64,000 nt of DNA from Ophelia neglecta. Taxonomy: Eukaryota. The stretch lies in assembly GCA_965285935.1 (NCBI GenBank), contig OZ260663.1, positions 48,608,001 through 48,672,000 of the forward strand, read 5' to 3'. A program made the position numbers and the translations under genes. Positions 48,401 to 64,000 of the stretch are shown one piece after another; position 1 is the first letter of the stretch; every line of letters begins with the position of its first letter. The notes beneath the pieces are model-generated. The model did not search any database, was not told where the DNA came from, and saw only the letters and a list, made by a program, of their open reading frames with translations.

Positions 48401-51400
48401 ATCGCCTCTTTCCCACTTCATGTCACTGAAGTCTACCAGAGTAGTGTCCATTCTGAAAAAAAAAAAGCCATGACAGCTGCCTTAACTTAATACGTTTGTA
48501 TATGCATGTACCATTCCTTATGAAAAAGTTATTTTGGTTTACCACATTATCCATTGTCCATAATCTAATCCATGCCTATCCCTGATTTGTGGCGGTCCTG
48601 CCCTATCCTAGATACCGGGGTATCATGCTAATCCAAGATACCAGGGTATCATTACTTCCAGGAAGAGAGTATTGGTCATCTTATAAATTTAAAGTATAAT
48701 CCTAGTTGGTAGAATACTATATTAGTCTGTGAATTTCCTGTCATTGACAGGGCTTTAAAAATCATATGTTCGAATATTAAATGATAAGTATAAGAGCTAA
48801 ACAAAGATGTGTAACAAATTAAGACAATTTCTTGTGGCAGCATATATATCCAGACACATGAGTTTAGACATTTACTACTAGTTAAGTACCAGTACATGGA
48901 CTCCCTAGAGCCAGAAACTTCTTCACCAGAAACTTCCTTATATTCACGACTATATTTCTTGGGAAGGTATATCCAGATTATTTGCTATATAAATAAGCAC
49001 TCATGAGCACATGGATGCTGGGAATTGAAAGCCTCAAACTCAATATGGACTAGACTAACAATTCCACACAGGCAACTTACAAAATATAAAGCATCATTAT
49101 TAGTGTATTGAACAATACTGTTCTTCTCTTTCTATTTTGTGAAATTTTGATGAATGGCTTTAATGTGTTTAAGCACCAATCATTTGAGATCTCAGATGGG
49201 AGACACCCCCTGGGATTTCCCCTGTATTTTATAGAGGACACTAGTGAGGGGATCTCCTCTAACCATACCCAAAGAATCATACAGACCTGATACAAGAACC
49301 TTTTTTGTGAATCCTACAGATATCAGAAGGCAAAATCCTGGACACTAGAGGAACTGCAAAAAAAAGACACAATATAATTCAGCTCATTGGTCATCCTATC
49401 TTTATGATATAAGATAAATTGTCATAAAAATATATACAAAGTTAGAACCAAGAAAGTATACAACTGTAGGCAGTTTGAAGATAGCAATGAGATAAAAAGA
49501 GCAGGGATTCAGTGATACACATACAAAGAGAAAGCTTATAGGCACACTAGCAGAAACCCAAATGGATATGAGTAATCTTTATCATACCCCAACTGTGGAA
49601 GTCCCATTTCAACTCGAGGTAAAAGTCACCAAGTTCTTTTAGACCTTGTATTAAAGCGGGGCGCCTTTCTTCCAATGATTCTCTGGACTGCTGCTTTAAT
49701 TTCCTAAGTAATGAGGTTACTGGACAGAAAAAATATAGTATTAAAATACATATGAACAATGATGGGTTTATATGCTAAGAAAATGGCAAAAATATATGTA
49801 ATACTATGATGCATGAATGTAGATTTCACTTACTAGTTTGGCGGTCACCATAGCTTATTGCTTCAGCCAAGGGACTCCAACCTTGAGCATTTTTTACTTT
49901 GACTGGTGCACCATGAGCTAGTAACAAATGGACACATTCTAGAAAAAAAATGGAATATCATTACTATTGCAGTATTGCACTGATATGCTCATTATGTACT
50001 GTGGGTAACTATGAATTTACAAACAAATGCCACCTACTGTTAACGGAGAGTAGACACCTTTGTCTGAAGTTTTACACCTGAAGAGTTAATATCGATAGCA
50101 AGGCAATGAATCCTGAGAAATTGAAAAAAAAATCAATAATATGGTGTCCAATAGCCTTCAAATGCACTTCAAGGATCTAGCTGCCGAAATAAAGGCAGAA
50201 ATCAAGATTCTCCTGAGTAGACCTTGATAATTTACTTCAAGGGCAAATCTAGGGACTCAATGTCCATCTTGCTTTATTACACCACAAGCTTATAGAAACT
50301 GAGTTTTCTCAAAATGACCATGAAAAAGAAGACAATGTCAAATTCATGTCCACCTGAAAAGTCCTCATGCTCCACTAAGCTTCCAGTAGGCAATGAGGTG
50401 TAACAATTATATACTGTACATAGTAGATAAGGGGAAATTTGGGTTAGCAAATAAGGTAAAATCATTATGCATACTAAACTATGCTAGTGTAATTCAGGTG
50501 CAAAATAGGCACATCTCGGCCAGGAGATTTGGAAAAGTTTGTTGCAAGTTGTATTTGTGACTGTTAAAAGGTTAAATACATGTCATAGTGTAAGGATAAA
50601 ATTGTACAAATTATGGCCTTTGAATAGAAAGTACCAATCGTGTATGAATTAGCAAACAGAAAAATATCTCTTTAACACCAACAATACTTGATGAGCTCAA
50701 AAATCTATCCAGCAAGGTGAGACCTAAAAGTGTAAAGTTGGCCTGTAGGAACTGAACCATTTGTTTTATATTTCTACAAATAAACAACTGGTAAAAAGAT
50801 ATTTTGCATAGATCATTCTACCTTTATGTCCTAGCATCACAGCTATGTGCAGTGGTGTGTTACCTGCAGAATAAAATAAAGTGTGATGAAAATGCAAATT
50901 TGTGTATGATTATCTAGATAAAAAATGGAATCATTCGGTCTATTGGAAAATTGAGCTCAAATAAATGACGAAAAAACTAGGTTTCATGGCCCACGTTTTT
51001 TTTTACCAGAACTGGACTTTCATTTCATCCTCACAGGTACCATTCAAACTGCTTTTATCTATCAATATTGAGGGACTCTTGGGGCTGAGCCCGTAGGGCC
51101 TTGAGGCTCTTAACCTGTTCACTAACGTATTGCCCAGGAGCCTGTGTTTTTGGGTGATAGGCTGTTTTTCCACTTAGAGTGCTACAGCCATACTAAAATG
51201 CATTTATGCCAGCCAAACATCATTTTCACGCTTAATAATTAATTGGAACTGTGTGTGCCCTTGGACCCCACACTTTTCAGGAAAATAGACTTTATTCCCC
51301 ACTTTTTAAACAACTAGTGCAAACCCTGACAGTGAAACCTGCCTAGAAGACAGCCTCTATATTTAAACAACCTGTCGATTCAGACTTTTAATATGATCAC

Positions 51401-51788
51401 CATAATGAACATGTTCAATGTTGATAACCTGTGTTAACAGATCACCTCTGTAATCAGACCAGTGTTTTTTCAGTTTCTTGTTTGGTTTTATTTTACAGGA
51501 TTGGCTAGAACATAGAAGCGTTTTTCAGTGGCATTGCTTGGAAAATGACCGCCCAATTTCAGTTCCCGCTGGCTCATCCCTACAGTTGCAGCAGTAGGCC
51601 TACACTGTACTGACAGGAGACTACATTCTGTTTTATTCTGGTTAAACGTAGTAATTAGCAGAGAAAACGTAATTTGTGAAATTACCATGGACATCCTTAA
51701 GAGCGACATCGTTAGTCCTCAAGAGTTTGGACACTTTTTTTAAATCCCCACCAAAGACACTTTGGTGAAGAGGAAACTCAGTCGCCAT
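45462..51788 (-). CDS. ANKRD13C: Ankyrin repeat domain-containing protein 13C-like (ankyrin repeats plus GPCR-chaperone domain, no UIM tail)
   Basis: MATEFPLHQSVFGGDLKKVSKLL...[81 protein letters not shown], ending EDPYRFPDL*. Approximate exons: 51686-51788, 50822-50863, 49834-49938, 49589-49722, 49287-49353, 48308-48453, 47826-47958, 47016-47082, 46819-46907, 46460-46613, 45933-45962, 45705-45806, 45462-45596. Confidence 0.93.
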
Positions 51789-52209
51789 CCTTTATTTACT
51801 TCCTGTCTCGCGTGATTCAGACGAGAAGAGGACGAGTTCGGTTGAACTAGCTGGACAGACCAGTAGCCTCCTCATGTGTCGGTCAGGGTCGTTTTACGAA
51901 CGGTGAAGTGTTGAATCAGTACGCATGTCCTACGGGTCCCGAGAGAAAGACTGTTGATCGCCCGAAGTCGACCATTGTGTAGTATGTTGCATTCAGTGTT
52001 GGCCCATAGAGGGCGTAAAACACGTGGTATTACGTGAGTACTTCGATCGCCCTCATCTGTTCATGTACTGGCGTGAGCTGTGCCGTGTCCGTGTCCTGCC
52101 TATCTTGCATCATTCATTCTTACGTCAACCGACCTGTCAGATTGTCAAATCTTTCGCTCCATCAGTGAGAAAGTTCCACATTCCACATTACCTTACATAT
52201 AAGTGTAAA
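51789..52209. promoter_or_regulatory. CpG-rich bidirectional promoter and 5' UTRs of ANKRD13C and CTH
   Basis: Only 421 bp separate the divergent ATGs. The interval contains an ETS-like ACTTCC (about 51798), E-box CACGTG (52021-52026), C/EBP-ATF-like CTTGCATCA (52104-52112) and TTACGTCA (52120-52127). Confidence 0.7.
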
Positions 52210-61574
<9,365 letters not shown>

Positions 61575-61862
61575 AAAGCAGCCCTCTTTACTAAGAAGAG
61601 GAAGATGGAGAAACTTGGACTGTTAGAAGCTCCATGGCACCACCAAACCATTAATAATAGAAGATGTATTGTAATATCTACTATGATTGGTAACTTCCAA
61701 TTCATAACAAGTGTTTTAACTTGAATAAACATTGTATTGTGGTATGAAATTAAAGTGGAATCTCTATTGCCATATAATTGGTTTGTCATTCATGTACTTC
61801 TTTAAGACTTAATTGCATCACTACCATGCTTTACTGCACAACAGGTTGGTATCTCTGAACTG

Positions 61863-61931
61863 ACGCCAAGTTTGGCTGAGTGGTAAGGGCCTCTGCCTCC
61901 CAAGCCATGTAAAACCCCAAACAAACAATAA
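61863..61931 (+). mobile_element. Minimal SINE derivative (tRNA-like head joined directly to the tail)
   Basis: A-box TGGCTGAGTGG followed by GCCATGTAAAACCCCAAACAAACAA, which matches the tail of the SINE at 3992-4314. Flanked by the direct repeat CTGAACTG. Confidence 0.55.
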
Positions 61932-63693
61932 CTGAACTGTCACTCAGTCGGCTTCCTGTGTGTTAATACTATACATTACTAACTGTGCTGGTACTTCTGT
62001 CTCTAAAGTAAAGACATGAAGGACTGTGCTGCTAGGTAAGAACCATTGCAATTCATAGGCTGATTTCATGGCATCAAGTGAAACCAGTCGTATAATTGCT
62101 GTTTTTCCAACCATGTCAGCAAGTTATTCAACTTCACATCTCTAACCAAAATCAAAACTTAATATTCCCCCATCTTAATATCCAAAAACTCTTCTGAACC
62201 AACTGAATTAACCAGGATCAGCTTGCATTGTAAACACCATAATGGTCCCATTTATAAACGTTATAAAGCAAGCTACCATTGCAGTATGCCAACATGGTGA
62301 CCTGATAAATAAAAACATTACTAAACGCAAGACAAAATAGTCATCTCATCTGAACCAAGAAGTAATGCAATTAAGTTGAAAGGATAGTGAATAACTGGAT
62401 ACTAAATCATTTATTTAAATTTTCCAATTGCATGATTTTGCCAAATCAAACACCACATGTTAGCATGCATAAAAATACTATCAACTTTGTTGATCCCTGA
62501 ATGTTGTTATGCTTCATTCAATAGAAATACTAAATTATCATATTATATGGTTGGCTTATTATACCCCTTTACCTTGTATATGGAGACAAGAGTTTAGTGC
62601 ACTAATATGCAGCCTGTTATGGATATTTATAGAGGCCAACCTAGATTCATTATTAAAAGGTGATGACTGTTTCAAAGCCGGTTCTGGGTGGTCTCAGCCA
62701 GTTATATATGGCCTGTATAAGTGGGTGACCGGATTTGGCGTGTTTAAGCGTTAAAGGGCCAAGTGGTACTTGTCAACCAGAAATTAAAAACCAGTTAAAT
62801 TTTGTGGAACTTTTAAGAAAACTATCTTTGAATCTTCATTTAATGACTAAGTCATAATGATGAAAGGACTGATAAATTTACATTAATTTAAAATAATATC
62901 TATATCTTGTTGAGAATCCATGTTGACTTATTTAATATTTATTTCAAATATTTCAAATATGTTTATGAAATTTTGATTCTAGTTTCTAGTGTTGTAGTGG
63001 TGATTGTTGTTAGTATGTGGGAACAGAACAGTTGATTGAATTTCCAGTAGCTTGTCAACTTTTTAAGTACCCATTGAGGAGTTGTAATAAAATTGTTCCA
63101 CATTCATTTTGCTTCTCACAAATTTCAATATCCTAGCTGTATTTCAATCAATCCTTATAAAATAACATATATTGGTAGCTATTTTAAGCTACTGTAAATA
63201 ATGTGTTTGCCCTAAACTTATTTTCTTGGTCAAAATGTCATTTTGAAATATATTCATTGCCATATCCACTTCATATACTTAACAAGTATTAAATTACCTT
63301 AAAGTTAAGTATAATAACTCTGTTGAAGCAGGACAAGTTTAGTGGTACAATTAGCATATTATTTTTTCATTACTTGGGATACAACCATTGAAAAGTAAAC
63401 CATGAGGCCATTTAAATAGGAAAGATGTTCAAACAGTGTTTTCATTTACTTAAATCAAGCTAGTCTGTGCATGCATGTTCCTATATTGACTTAGCAAAAC
63501 GGTTTTTTACTGACACTTATAGATCTAAGTATAAATATGTCAATCTCGAGCACAGTGATGTATGCTAATATAGAATTTAAGTCTAAAGTGCCTGTGAGTT
63601 TACATCTGTTTCCAATCTGTTATCTAATGTCAGTACGTAGTGTATATAGTAAACTGCTGACTCGTTTTAATTATAAGTTATACATATAATGTA

Positions 63694-63893
63694 TACTGTA
63701 GAACCCTTATATAGGGCGGCCCTTACTATTGGCAACTTTCACACACATCTTATTTGGCTGCCCTTTAGATTAGCATTTTGCTTCCTATAATAGTTTCTTA
63801 CAGGCCCTTACAGGCCCTTTCATTTTGCACATTTGACCCTGCTTACAAAATTTACGAAATAAAGGGCTGGTGAAAATTAAGGCTTTTACAATA
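63694..63893. mobile_element. Degenerate TA-flanked MITE-like element
   Basis: Imperfect terminal inverted repeats TACTGTAGAACCCTTA / TAAGGCTTTTACAATA. Confidence 0.4.
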
Positions 63894-64000
63894 TAGGCCT
63901 ATGTTATTTGATATAACCTATAAAATTTATCTTTAGGCCATAATCACATTGTACATTGCACACATATTCTCACGATATGCTATAGTGTAATTAGTATGAA

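Overview
AT-rich, intron-rich animal genomic DNA, probably a lophotrochozoan/marine invertebrate (inferred from gene structure and repeat types; the species cannot be determined). There are four spliced host genes in two head-to-head pairs. NIPBL (minus; ATG 21396, 3' part runs off the left edge) pairs with SCP2/SCPx (plus; 23521-38610, duplicated alternative first exon, C-terminal SKL). ANKRD13C (minus; 45462-51788) pairs with CTH (plus; 52210-~61574). The introns hold many mobile elements: an intact, very young BEL/Pao LTR retrotransposon (4486-12831), a deleted piggyBac, a decayed Helitron, tRNA-derived SINEs and several MITEs. The most unusual signal is in the BEL/Pao element. It has no tRNA-type primer-binding site. 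Instead, each LTR contains a putative GT-AG intron, and the predicted spliced junction is complementary (11 bp contiguous, about 21 bp with two bulges) to the sequence directly after the 5' LTR. This suggests splicing-dependent self-priming of reverse transcription. Also notable are a 67-bp inverted copy of a NIPBL coding exon inside a nearby intron and the ANKRD13C-CTH gene pair also seen in human.
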